This document shows positions 52,939 through 64,000 of a DNA stretch of 64,000 bases, in pieces. The stretch is from Epiperipatus broadwayi. Its lineage: Eukaryota > Animalia > Onychophora. The position numbers were made by a program, and so were the translations under genes. The stretch is from contig JAQFVV010000005.1 of the NCBI GenBank assembly GCA_028023455.1, positions 18,042,001 through 18,106,000 of the forward strand. The letters are read 5' to 3'. Every line of letters begins with the position of its first letter. Position 1 is the first letter of the stretch. The notes under the pieces are model-generated. The model was not told the origin of the DNA. It did no database searches and worked only from the letters and a program-made list of their open reading frames with translations.

Positions 52939-53975
52939 TTTGGGTGTGGTTTTATGATAGATATATTTTAAATGCTTTCTCTGGTTAAGCATTTATCACA
53001 AAGCTTGTTGAGCAATTAGCAAAGCACTTTGTTTATATTTTACAAGCTTAAAAAAATGGCATCATGTGATATATGACTATTTTTTATTTCTAAAATGTTT
53101 AATTTTTTTACCCATATATAATTATTGTTTTAGAAATTATTTAATTTTCAAAATCCATCTAATAATGATTATATTTCTCAAGAAAGTTATTTTATTTAAT
53201 TATGTAAATAATTAACCAATTATTAATCTAATCACTGTGTTTAATACAATATCAATAAAGTTTTTTTTTTTTTTTAAAGTACTGAATGTTATACTAATAA
53301 TTTATTTTCACTGCAGCACAGTTAGGTAGATAAGTTAACTTGGGTTCAATATTTTGAAGTCTTGAAACTTTGATTTAAATAATATAATACGTTTAAAGTG
53401 GCAATACATTCAAATAATTCATCATATCAGGATAAAAGTTAGTTGGACAGAAATCTGTCCTGTTTGTTATCTCCACTGATTACACAAATACCTCACAGTA
53501 ATAGCACATTAAAAATTGGATCCTTACAATTAGGTTAATAAGTGCCATTAAAGAAATTAGGCCTTCTTTCCTATAAATGCACATAGTAATATTATATATT
53601 AAAGGCACAATAATGTAATACTTGTAAACAATAATATGAAAGTAATTATAAACACACTATTCATTCTTAAAATATATATTTATTTATTTATAATAACACA
53701 AGTATAAATTCAATAATATATAAATATACTTTCAAGTATTAGTAGGTTTTCTATATATCTTGTAATTAAGTTACAATTCATTATGATGTTATCATAATTA
53801 TTAATTCTAAGAAGAAGAAAAAAAGATATAATTTTATTGATGAAGAATTCACAATTTTTCAGGAAAATTGTTTATTTTTACATTTAAAACAATTTTATTT
53901 TTCATTTATCTTAATTTAATAATAAGCTAAATTTGAAGTGTTTAAATACTCTAAATTATATAATATTACATTTTA

Positions 53976-54331
53976 TATAGGGTATATGAGCACAGATTTT
54001 CACACAACCCACCTCTTACCACTCTATTTCATATCACTGATACATTTGAACACATATATGCCTGTTCATTCAAGTATAAGGATTGGCTATCTTAATATAT
54101 ATCTGAGCATTTATTGCATATATGTGGAGAGATGAAATCTGGACCAACTGATGATTGCTAGTTTAGCATGAAATACATATATCGGTGATTATTTATCTTT
54201 TCAACATATATGTGTTCAAGTGTATCAGTGTTATGAGATAGTGTGGAGAGTGGTGAGTTGTGTGAAAGTCTGTGCTCATATACCCTATATATATATATTG
54301 ATACAGGTATATAATAAGTCTATATTTCAGT
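53976..54331. mobile_element. Family B fold-back plus tail insertion, HHR motif at 54143-54185 (+)
   Basis: 15-bp TSD TAATATTACATTTTA at 53961-53975 and 54332-54346; arms 53976-54060 and ~54205-54290; CTGATGA TTGCTA GTT TAGCAT GAAA TACATA. Confidence 0.85.
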
Positions 54332-54991
54332 TAATATTACATTTTAAAAAATTATAAAAATGTAAAGAATATAATATATTTTTATTATTTAAAGTAAAAT
54401 ATTCTATTAATTTTCCTGTATTTACAATCTCACAACTTCATAATTATTTACAATTCGAAAAATATAGGTTTACTCTGACCTGTAAGGTCAATTTGGTCCC
54501 TGAAATGCCTCGTGAATCAAAAATTTTATATAAGAACAAGAAATTATAATGATTTCCTATAGCAAAATTTTTTATTTACTATCCTAAATTCAAAATTTAC
54601 ATATATAAAAAAACCTGATAAAAAAAAGCTTAAAATTAAAAAAAAAAGTCATAATTAATGAATAAATACTTTATAAAATATATTATTAATTAAAAAAAAC
54701 CCATTAACCTGAGAGTAAATATACTATATAATAAAATATTTTAGTTGCTGTAATTTTTTTTTTTTTTTCAAACAAAACAATAATTTCACAATTTAAGGTG
54801 GGCATTTTGAGTATTATCTAATCACAATATATTAAATTAAAATAAAACAAATAGAAAAAAAGACACAACAAATTTATTTTATGTTCCATTATCAAAGTTT
54901 TTTTTTTTTTTTGTACTTATCTAACCAATAAAATTTGTTGTTTTTTTTGTTTGCAGCACTGTTATTTCTTATTAAAACAACATTTCATTAT

Positions 54992-55193
54992 CACCTGATC
55001 ACCATCTCTTATACTAGCACATTATTGTTATTAAACAAGGCAAAACTCTCCATACAATAGTGCTACCCTGTGCCAAACAGAGTAATCAATGGATGAGTAG
55101 GCACTAGATAGGGATTTTATGCACAAACTGGATCCATTGATTACTCTGTTTGGCACAGGGTGGCACTACTGTATGGAGAGTTTTGCCTTGTTT
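54992..55193. mobile_element. Family A short fold-back insertion (HHR core not included)
   Basis: 13-bp TSD AACATTTCATTAT at 54979-54991 and 55194-55206; arms ~55030-55094 and ~55132-55193; tail at the left end. Confidence 0.9.
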
Positions 55194-55714
55194 AACATTT
55201 CATTATATTATTTATTTTACATAAGCAGAACACTAATTCCAATAAAAATAAATACAATATACAATTGATTATTGTAGTTTTAATATTGCAAATGTATATA
55301 AATTTTTTTTTGCTGATATTGTTTTATGTAGAATTAAGATATTAAAATTCCTGTAAATATAAAAGCGTTAGAAATTAGTTAAATAAAAATTGTTTTTGAG
55401 GTAATGTATGTGACATGAATAAACTATGAGAATAGTGAGTAAAAATTAAACCAATAAGTGATCATTTCACTATACGTTTAATATCATTTAATCATATAAA
55501 TATTATTATTAGCTCTTCAACAGTTAATATTGCTTATGACAGGCTCTAGTGGCTGATTGTATTAAATTTCCAACTTTTTTATTTTATTAAATATATCTTT
55601 ATTCTTTATTATATTTTTATAAATTTTGAATTATATCTTAGAAATGTGAGTTTACAAATAAAAATTAATTTAAAAAAAATAATAGTTCAACTTTGTGCAA
55701 ATTTGCCAACAAAA

Positions 55715-55820
55715 ATCTTGCATTGGTGGTCAAGAGGTCAGCGTGACTACCTTGCACTTGCAGGTAGTTGCCTGGGTTGCGGGTTTGTGTCCTGGCCGAT
55801 GCTATGACACTTAAAAAAAA
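55715..55820 (+). mobile_element. tRNA-Gly-derived SINE (subfamily 2)
   Basis: Close match to 41764-41870 with CpG-type decay; same TATGACACTT plus A tail. Confidence 0.8.
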
Positions 55821-56085
55821 TTAAATTAATTACAGTTAGATCTGCTTTCTGCCAATTACAAAATATAACTTTACATTATTGATTTCTTTTGAGTTGTCTT
55901 CTTCTAAAAATAAATATTTTTGAATAAAATCTAAATCTAATCGCATTATTCTTCTGCAATAAATAAATAATATATAAGTATTTGCAAAAATAAATATTCA
56001 AACAAATACAGAAAACATGTTTTCATTTTCAAAATATAAATAAAAGCATAAACACTCCCAAAATCTCTCACTAATGCTCTTGAGT

Positions 56086-56407
56086 TGAGAGAACAAAAAA
56101 CTACCAATCAGTTCATTTGTAATAGGTTTCTTGAGTGAACAAAAAACTACCAATCAGTTCATTTGTAATAAATTTCTTGAGAGAACAAAAAACTACCAAT
56201 CAGTTCATTTGTAATAGGTTTCTTGAGAGAACAAAAAACTACCAATCAGTTCATTTGTAATAGGTTTCTTGAGAGAACAAAAAACTATCAATCAGTTCAT
56301 TTGTAATAGGTTTCTTGAGAGAACAAAAACTACCAATCAGTTCATTGGTAATAAATTTCTTGAGAAAACAAAAAACTACCAATCAGTTCATTTGTAATAG
56401 GTTTCTT
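56086..56407. repeat. 46-bp minisatellite, ~7 units
   Basis: Unit CTACCAATCAGTTCATTTGTAATAGGTTTCTTGAGAGAACAAAAAA starts at 56101, 56147, 56193, 56239, 56285, 56330 and 56376. Confidence 0.95.
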
Positions 56408-57170
56408 CACACACATCATGAATTTTTTTTTTAGTTCTACTTTTTGTTATCAAATGAATGCTAAAGATAGCTGAATGCTAAAGATAGCCACAAGAGAATG
56501 AATTAAAGTTGTAGCAATCACAAAGTCTATTAGTGGCTCTGCAATTTTTCATTCAATACTTGAAAAGGATTAATTATATAATGCATAAAAAATTTCCATC
56601 CTTTTTCAATCCAAATAAATTTAGAATAACAGTATTCTTGTCTTCTCAAATTAATTGAATGAATTATTTTAGTTAATGTACATATTTTAAAACTTGTTAT
56701 TGTTATTGTATAGAATCAAAGTGCGTTTTTTTTATTATTTATTGTACTGAATAAAACTTGTAATTTTTTGATTTTAGCCATTTGCATTGAAAGTTTTATT
56801 CATTTTAGATGTGTCATAAATTAAATTACAAACTGTTAAGAATATTGAATGAAAATATGGTAATTATACTAATTATATCTTAACTGTATGCATTTTATAT
56901 ACATTTATGATATGAAGGTTAACTTCCAATGACATTTTCTTCATGAAATCATTAAAATTATGAAGTTTTATAGAGTGGTCACCATTAAAAATGTTTTGGA
57001 TATTTTTATTATTTTTTATTATGCAATTAGATAAAAAACATATAAATAAATATTTTTTAAAATTTAATTATAGTTAGTATTTATTAATAATTCATTATAT
57101 ATACTGTATATTAAAAATAATAATTATTTTATCTTTTTTTTGAAACTTTATAATATAAAAATAAATTGTT

Positions 57171-57280
57171 TTTCTTTTTTCATATGTCATAGCATCGACC
57201 AGGAGGTGAACCCGCAACAACCTTCCTCAACCAATGCTTGCAAGGTGGCTGCACTGACCTCTCGGCTAACAACGCTGGAC
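57171..57280 (-). mobile_element. tRNA-Gly-derived SINE (subfamily 1)
   Basis: Reverse complement reads GTCCAGCGTTGTTAGCCGAGAGGTCAG...GGGTTCACCTCCTGGTCGATGC TATGACATATG then an A-tail; similar to 9682-9793. Confidence 0.8.
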
Positions 57281-57617
57281 TAAAAATTGTTATTGATTAA
57301 AAATAGCAAATTTTCAAAACTTTTTATTTTTTTATATAAATGCTTTAAAATATTTTTTTGAGTTCCTTTTTAAATTTTGATATATATAATTTTAAAAATA
57401 TTACATAAATACATTTTCTTTAACAAAAGCATTAAAAAATTAAGTCTGAATATCTACTCTCAAAAATTCTTTTTCTCCTGCTTAAAAGATTAAATATTTT
57501 GAAACATCTGCTTTCTGATTTGTTTCTATTATTTTTAAATTTTTATTATTTTTTCTCATAACTAATACTTTTATTCCAGATTCATCATTATATTTATATA
57601 TTAAGTTAAAAATATTA

Positions 57618-58098
57618 AACAATTCAAAACAAAGCAAAACTCTCCATACAGTAGTGCCATCTTGTGCTAACAAGAGCAATCAATGGATGCCAGAAGGCTT
57701 GTGCATAAAATCCCTATCTAGAGCCTACTCATCCAATATCCCCAGACTAGTTTCTAGCTTGGGGCCTTCGTCAGTGAGGAGCCTTGGACCTGAGAGCACT
57801 GAACCTAGATCTGAGGATCTAATGCAACCCTCTAGCAGCCACCTTTTAACTCTACTTAACTACAAAACTATGAGAATTAAATTGAAAACACACTAATATT
57901 TTCAAGCCAAAAACTAGTCTGGGGATATTGGATGAGTAGGCACTAGATAGGGATTTTATGCACAAGCCTTCTGGCATCCATTGATTGCTCTTGTTGGTAC
58001 AAGATGGCACTAGTGTATGGAGAGTTTTGCTTTGTTTTGAATTGTTTAATAACAATTATATGCTAGTATGAGATAGTGATCATGTGATGTTTAGTGGT
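57618..58098. mobile_element. Family A HHR element, fold-back form
   Basis: 12-bp TSD TTAAAAATATTA at 57606-57617 and 58099-58110; arms share private variants; full tail at the right end. Confidence 0.92.
57739..57780 (-). ncRNA. Minimal type I hammerhead motif (family A)
   Basis: Reverse complement reads TCCTCA CTGACGA AGGC CCCAA GCTA GAAA CTAGTC TGGGGA. Confidence 0.78.
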
Positions 58099-59669
58099 TT
58101 AAAAATATTATATATATATCTCACTACAAGCTGGAAGCCAAAGAGCTCTCCATCATTCCTTCATGCAGAAACAGTGAAAGAGAAAAGAAACCAATTATTA
58201 GGATGACCAATTTCAAAATATGATGATTAAACATTTTTCAATCCCTGTTGTACTCATTATTTAAGAATGTTTAAACACTAATTTACCAATTAATATTGTG
58301 TGATTAATTGGATTTGTTAAGTTCTAATTATTTAATAAAATAATCTTCAGCCTATTGAAAAAAAATTCAAGTTTACTTAGACCAGATTCAAACTCAAGTC
58401 AAAAGCATTGCAAAAACATCATCACTATTACATCATGAAAATTTCAATGTAGATATATATATATATCATTCTCTATGGTGCAAAATTTACAATGTAGTAT
58501 ATTTCAAACAGTGACAATAATTACAACAGCATAAAATAAACAATCCACACTACATGTTTCATCTAAAATGGAACATGTATAAAATATGTGAAATATCTGC
58601 AGAAAACTGTTAGTTGAAACTGACATTTTAAACAAAGGCTTTGTGAAAAGTACACCATTTTAAAATCTAAAATCACTTTTTTCACATATTATACAATTTT
58701 AAACACCTGTTCTGTACATTAAGATAATAGTCAGTGGTTCATATATAATTAATTTCATGTAATATATATCAAAATGTATGATGCTTTTACACATGTTCGT
58801 ACTATAGCAAATTTCATAAGATCTTTTTAGTAAGTAGAGGCATCCTTAAAACTACTTTAATGACTTTATATTTAATTCATATAAATGCAATGAGATTACT
58901 TGTGATATACAAAGGAACCGTATTATATTATCTCTATAGTGCAAATGGTAAAAATTAGCATGTTTAGACCAAGGCTGACAACAGTAGAGAATAGAATAAA
59001 CAGTCCAAGTTCTCATACCACCCATTCTAAGTAAAATTGATCTCACATATATTGAAATTTTAACATCTGCCCTCTGCATGAATGTAATGATAAGACCAAG
59101 ATGTCATAGTCAGATATAATTCTTTTTAATTTATTGTTTTTATCTTTCATCTTATGCTAAAATATATATCAAATGTCACTTTTCATGGAGTTAAACTGAA
59201 TCTTTTACTACTTTATTATCCTACTTTTGTTAAGTTCTACATATTTAATTTACTTTTTAAAATATTTTATTATTATTATCTATATTAGTTAGTATAATAT
59301 AGAATGATTTTTCTGGTCATAGTCAATCAAAACAACAAAACATTATTTTGAACTGCATAGAAGGCAAAACAATAATAATTATTACTATAGGAAAATATTC
59401 ATGTAATTGTTCAAAATCTAGATCAACCTATCTAAATTCTTAATATATAATGAATGTGTCTATTTTTAAAAAAAATCATAGCCTTATATATTGACAGATT
59501 ATAGATAGCATTATTACCATCACCTAGATGCACCCTGCTAATGGTCAAACACAGCTTAGTATAGAATACAAAACTCTGAGCAATATTTTTCTATTTTCTT
59601 CTTCATGTATTATTGGCCTAATTAATGAAAGTCTAATGACTTTCAAATTTCCAACATATTGAATAGTAT

Positions 59670-59915
59670 ATACAAGCGCTTTAACATGCTGGGTGAAGAA
59701 GCTGTTAATGGTAACAAAAACAATCAAAGTAAATTAATCCAGGCCTAGTACTTTCTAGGTTTTCCCCCCCTTATATTCATGGCCAAAATAGATTTTAAAT
59801 CATTGCTGACACTGATAAATGATAATGTATGTAAATGCGTATGCAAATTAACTTGTCCATTTTCTTGTTACCACTAACAGCTTCTTCACCCAGTGTGTTA
59901 AAGCACTTGTTTATG
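59670..59915. repeat. Diverged inverted repeat (~65-bp arms)
   Basis: ~59670-59735 versus the reverse complement of ~59847-59915 (ctttaaca..ctgggtgaagaagctgtta.tggtaacaa). Confidence 0.75.
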
Positions 59916-60140
59916 CTATTACGTTTATTGGAGAAGTATACTAAAATATTTTTAGAAACATGTTCAATTTAAAGTGATTGTATAAGTAACTAAGGTATTC
60001 TGTGAATGATAATAATCAACAGAAAATTTATATACATATTTTTAAGGGTATATTTGATTTCTCCATTTTTCTTTTTAATAACAAAGTCTGTGAAAGATTT
60101 CCTATGTTATAGATAAAAAAAATCACTGTCCAGTACTGAT

Positions 60141-60248
60141 TTATCCATACCCTGAGACTAGTTTCTTGCTTATAGCTTTTGTCCAGATCTAAAACTGCTC
60201 AATAATAAAAACTATAAGCTAAAAACTACTCTAGAGGATACGGATAAA
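60141..60248. repeat. Old decayed family A fold-back centred on the HHR region
   Basis: CCTGAGACTAGTTTCTTGCTTATAGCTTTT resembles the family A minus arm (CCCCAGACTAGTTTCTAGCTTGTGGCCTTC); inverted partner at 60208-60248. Confidence 0.6.
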
Positions 60249-61005
60249 ACAACTCTGGATAAGGATTTATGAAGCACTACTATCTTCTATCTATTGATAC
60301 TCAAACTTATGCTAGATGGAAGAAGTGGAATAGGAAAAAATTGAATTCTATTACTATGGGCTATTACACAAGAATGTCTTAAAAAATTACTACTCATTAG
60401 CATGTTCAAATTTTCTTCTTTTTAATTTTTCCTCTTAATAAATATATAATTTCAACATATATAACTATAGACAGATGTGATACAATCATACTAATGATAA
60501 AAGATGTCAAAGTAATTCATTATTAATTAAAAATTCAGAAAATGTTTTTACAGAAAAAAAGAGAAGCCCAAATAAATATATTTTTAAAAAACTTTTTTTT
60601 TAGGAGGAGAAAAGACAGATGAGTATAGAAAAAAAAACAGTAAATATGTTAAATGTTAGGTCTTCTGGGAAATTAGTGTCGTTTTTTCCCATCTACACTT
60701 CACAAATAGCCATTATCACACCTACAAGAGAATCTGAATGTGTGGAAAGGATTTAACCTAAAACATGACAGTGACAAATTAGCTATTTTTTTTAAAAAAA
60801 GAATCAAAGATGAAAAATATTTCAGCATTAGAAATCTTTAGACAATTATATGTTATTACTAAGAATGACAATAAAAGAATCAATATCCTTGTAGAAATTC
60901 GTAATTTAATATTAATATGTATTGGTAAAATAGTGTCGAAAAAGAAAGTAAGTATAACACAAACTACTAGTGTAGAAATAGAATCACAATGAAAGTATAA
61001 ATGCA

Positions 61006-61365
61006 GGTTAGAGTACATAACAGAGGGCATAAAGCTCTGTGGCGTTTAGAATAAATAAAAGATAATAGAAAGTTTAGTTGAGATCAAGTGGTAGGGGATA
61101 AAAAGCTCTGCCTTTAGAATAAGTTGAAGGGATACAAACTCAGTTTAAAGTTGAGTGTTTGAGGGTACAAAGCTCTGTGTAGTTTTGAGTAAATAAAAAC
61201 TGATATAGGGCTCTGTTTAATGTAAACTAAAAGGTAATGGATACAAAGCTTTATGCAGTTTAGAATAGAAAAAAATGCAAATCTCAGTTTAACATAAGTA
61301 AAACAGTGTATAAAGCTCAAATTATAATAAGTAACAGAAGATACAAGCTCTGTTCAATTTAAATT
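61006..61365. repeat. Degenerate minisatellite
   Basis: Recurrent AAAGCTCTG...TTTAGAATAA motif, about 8-10 times at an irregular ~35-45 bp spacing. Confidence 0.65.
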
Positions 61366-64000
61366 AGTGGCACAGCTAAAGAATCCTCAATCAAAGCAAA
61401 AATAATATCTTAATTGAATCAATTAAATAAAACTTGTTTCCAGTCTTTTATTTGCACAACTAAACATCACACAAGGACTTATGGTATTATTAAAACTTAC
61501 AATTATAAAACTCGTGATAAAATTATCGGTCTTCATTAATCATCATGAGGTCCAATTATATTTATAACTATTCATTAAAGTTGGCATATACTATGAGTCA
61601 GTCCAATAATACTATGGTGATCAACTCAGCAGTCAAAGGCTCTTGGATCAGGTAGCAAAAAGCAAAATTTGATCAAAAAAATCCTACATTCTAAGTGCTT
61701 GAATAGTATATGATCACTTGAACAATCAGCTATATAATTATACATATATTAAAAGCAATTATATTCATTGTACTCTGTGCTGCCTTCTATTGTCAGAAGT
61801 AATGAAGCTATTGGTCTGAAATTTAAAAATGTCCTAATGTTTTGAATCCAAATCAATAACCTTACATGTTTATGTAGACCTGACATCAAGTCCAAAAAAA
61901 ATCAGATATGAGAGTAAAAATAATGTAGTATGTATTTAATTAATCTTTAACATTTAGCACCTGCTGAATGTTGAATCTGACAACAGATGGCATCATGTAG
62001 AGATATAGACTGTGGTCATTTGATGTTTTCTAGTTTACACATATATTTATTAAAAAGTGTTAAAGGTAATCAGAGTTTATTACAACTAAATAAAAATCTA
62101 TAAAAAATTATCATATTTTGGAGCAATAAAATGGATCATAGTTTTAAGCGTCTGATGTGAAATATTTTAATTGTGATAAAATAAAGATTTTAGTCAGATT
62201 ATATAAGACAAAAGACATTGGAATTTATTTCACGTGGCAAAAAATTATTCTGATAACATGTTTATATAATACTATTAAAAGTTTATTCTTTTTGTACTGA
62301 ATTTATATATAATAAAATAATATAACTACATCAATATTATGCCCACAAATTAGCAAATGTGTTTTTCTATAAATGTAATAAACAAATAGTATACATTATC
62401 ATCTTATAGATAATATATTATTTTTAAAAATGGTATTTTGAAGACGATGATAACTGGTATAGTTTTTACATATGGAGAAGCCATAAATTACTTCAATTAT
62501 ATGCTATCCAAAGAAAATTGTAAACAAACTAACAAAAAAAATATAAGTAAACAAAAAAAAAGCATTAAAATTAGCAAATTTTATTGTATTCACAACCATT
62601 TTTTCCTTCTCTAAATATATATATTCTAACCTAATAAAAATTTCCTCTGTTTATTCTGTAATTATTTATTAGTTTAGTTTGCACTAATTTTTCAGGTTGG
62701 AAATTAAGGCAACCAAAATAAAGCAACATATCCATTAATTTGCCAATATGATCTAAAATACTTTTCATATAATACAATTGTACATTCAATTCTCTTAAGC
62801 CATGCCACGATTGTAATAACAACAATAATTGATCACTTATTAATTTAAAGAATAATTATAATAATATTAATCTCAGGGTTCTTTGTTTCATGTAAGGAAA
62901 TGCTCGGCGGTATTGTGTTGTCGCATATGACTGGCATTCTGGTCGGCTATAGGAAACATTTATTTTACTTAAATTCAATGTGTCTTCATCTCTCATATCA
63001 ACTGCTATATTATTTAAAGAGATGATAATTCTATTCAATAATGACGTATAATTTTGAATAACACAGCCCTTTTTTTCCAGAATCTCAGTCAGAATAATAA
63101 AAAGACAAGGGTGCTTTTTGTGTCCTTCCATCATCCATGACAACACAATCATATAACTAAGATTTATTACTTAGACAATTTAACTAAATGGGAATGGAAT
63201 AATGTGCAACCAAAGTTAATGGTTTGGAAAAAAAATTCATTTTTTTTTTTTTTACACAAAGGTGAATGTTTAGTCTTAAGTTTTCAACTCCATAAATAAT
63301 TATCATTAAACTAAAATATAATGACATATTCCGATCTGCTTAAATTTATTTCTCTGGTCTATTAAGTTTTTAAGGGTTTGAAATGATTTCGGACTCAAGA
63401 AAAGGTTTTGCAAATATTGTGCAAACACTTATATTTAGCATATAAAAACAAAAAAAAATGAATCTACAACAAATTTTAACAAGACTATAATTTATTATTA
63501 TCACAAAAAAATATATGAACATTTATTTATTCAATAATCCCATAGTAATACAAAAATATAAAATATAACTGATATTAATCTGTATACTCTTTTGGTTATG
63601 GACTAGAGGTTACTACTTCTCCTGTATGCAATCATATGGATTGATTAACTACAAGTACATTTCATTACCAATACATTAATTATTAAATTTTGGTAACCTT
63701 GTAGAAGCTTTTATTCAAAATTATTGACTAACTATTTTTTTTTTAATGATTAATCCAATCATCTGCAATACGCAAAATATTAAATTTATTTCTAATACAT
63801 TTACTTTATTTATGGTCTTTAATGGGATAACCTATTCTAATTATAGGCCAGTTATCAGAAGTCACATTTACCTTCTTACGTTTAACTTAATGCTAACTTA
63901 AGTTATGATACAAATTTTATTCATACGTATAATTTTAAATATGAGTATTATTTAATTACTAACCAGAATTAAATATTGCATTTGAATATTCCTTCATGTT

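Larger units (their letters stand above)
52450..53087. mobile_element. Family C fold-back plus tail insertion with an HHR in each arm
   Basis: 12-bp TSD TTCTAAAATGTT at 52438-52449 and 53088-53099; ~280-bp diverged arms (52453-52731 and 52763-53035); ~52-nt tail containing ATCATGTGAT. Confidence 0.85.

Noticed and set aside
56086-56407. CRISPR-like array
   Set aside because: The units are contiguous with no unique spacers, the context is eukaryotic, and no cas genes are present.
62856-63152. 98-aa minus-strand ORF in a slightly CpG-richer patch
   Set aside because: No recognisable domain or convincing splice sites; it cannot be called coding without a homology search or RNA-seq.

Overview
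Very AT-rich, CpG-depleted eukaryotic (invertebrate-like) DNA, apparently intronic or intergenic. I recognised no intact host gene, and most ORFs in the track look spurious or are translations of repeats. Recognisable relics are an LTR (Ty3/Gypsy-type) element with two LTRs and an integrase core (24.6-28.7 kb), a Penelope-like element (PLE) fragment with a GIY-YIG endonuclease (46.3-47.4 kb), two or three LINE fragments, a possible hAT relic, tRNA-Gly-derived SINEs, minisatellites and a three-copy 2-3 kb degenerate repeat. The main signal is a set of short non-coding insertions from six families that look unrelated in sequence (A-F). They share one architecture: a body ending in a fixed tail of about 35-55 nt, an inverted (fold-back) copy that stops just short of the tail, and a 10-17 bp target-site duplication (TSD), mostly 13-14 bp. 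Four families (A-D) carry minimal type I hammerhead ribozyme (HHR) motifs on the tail-bearing strand, with compensatory changes in stem II in A and B. Two loci are head-to-tail dimers with HHR spacings of 455 and 407 nt. This fits non-autonomous, ribozyme-bearing, PLE-mobilised (retrozyme-like) elements; mobilisation by a PLE and ribozyme activity are inferences. All coordinates were counted by hand and may be off by a few nt.
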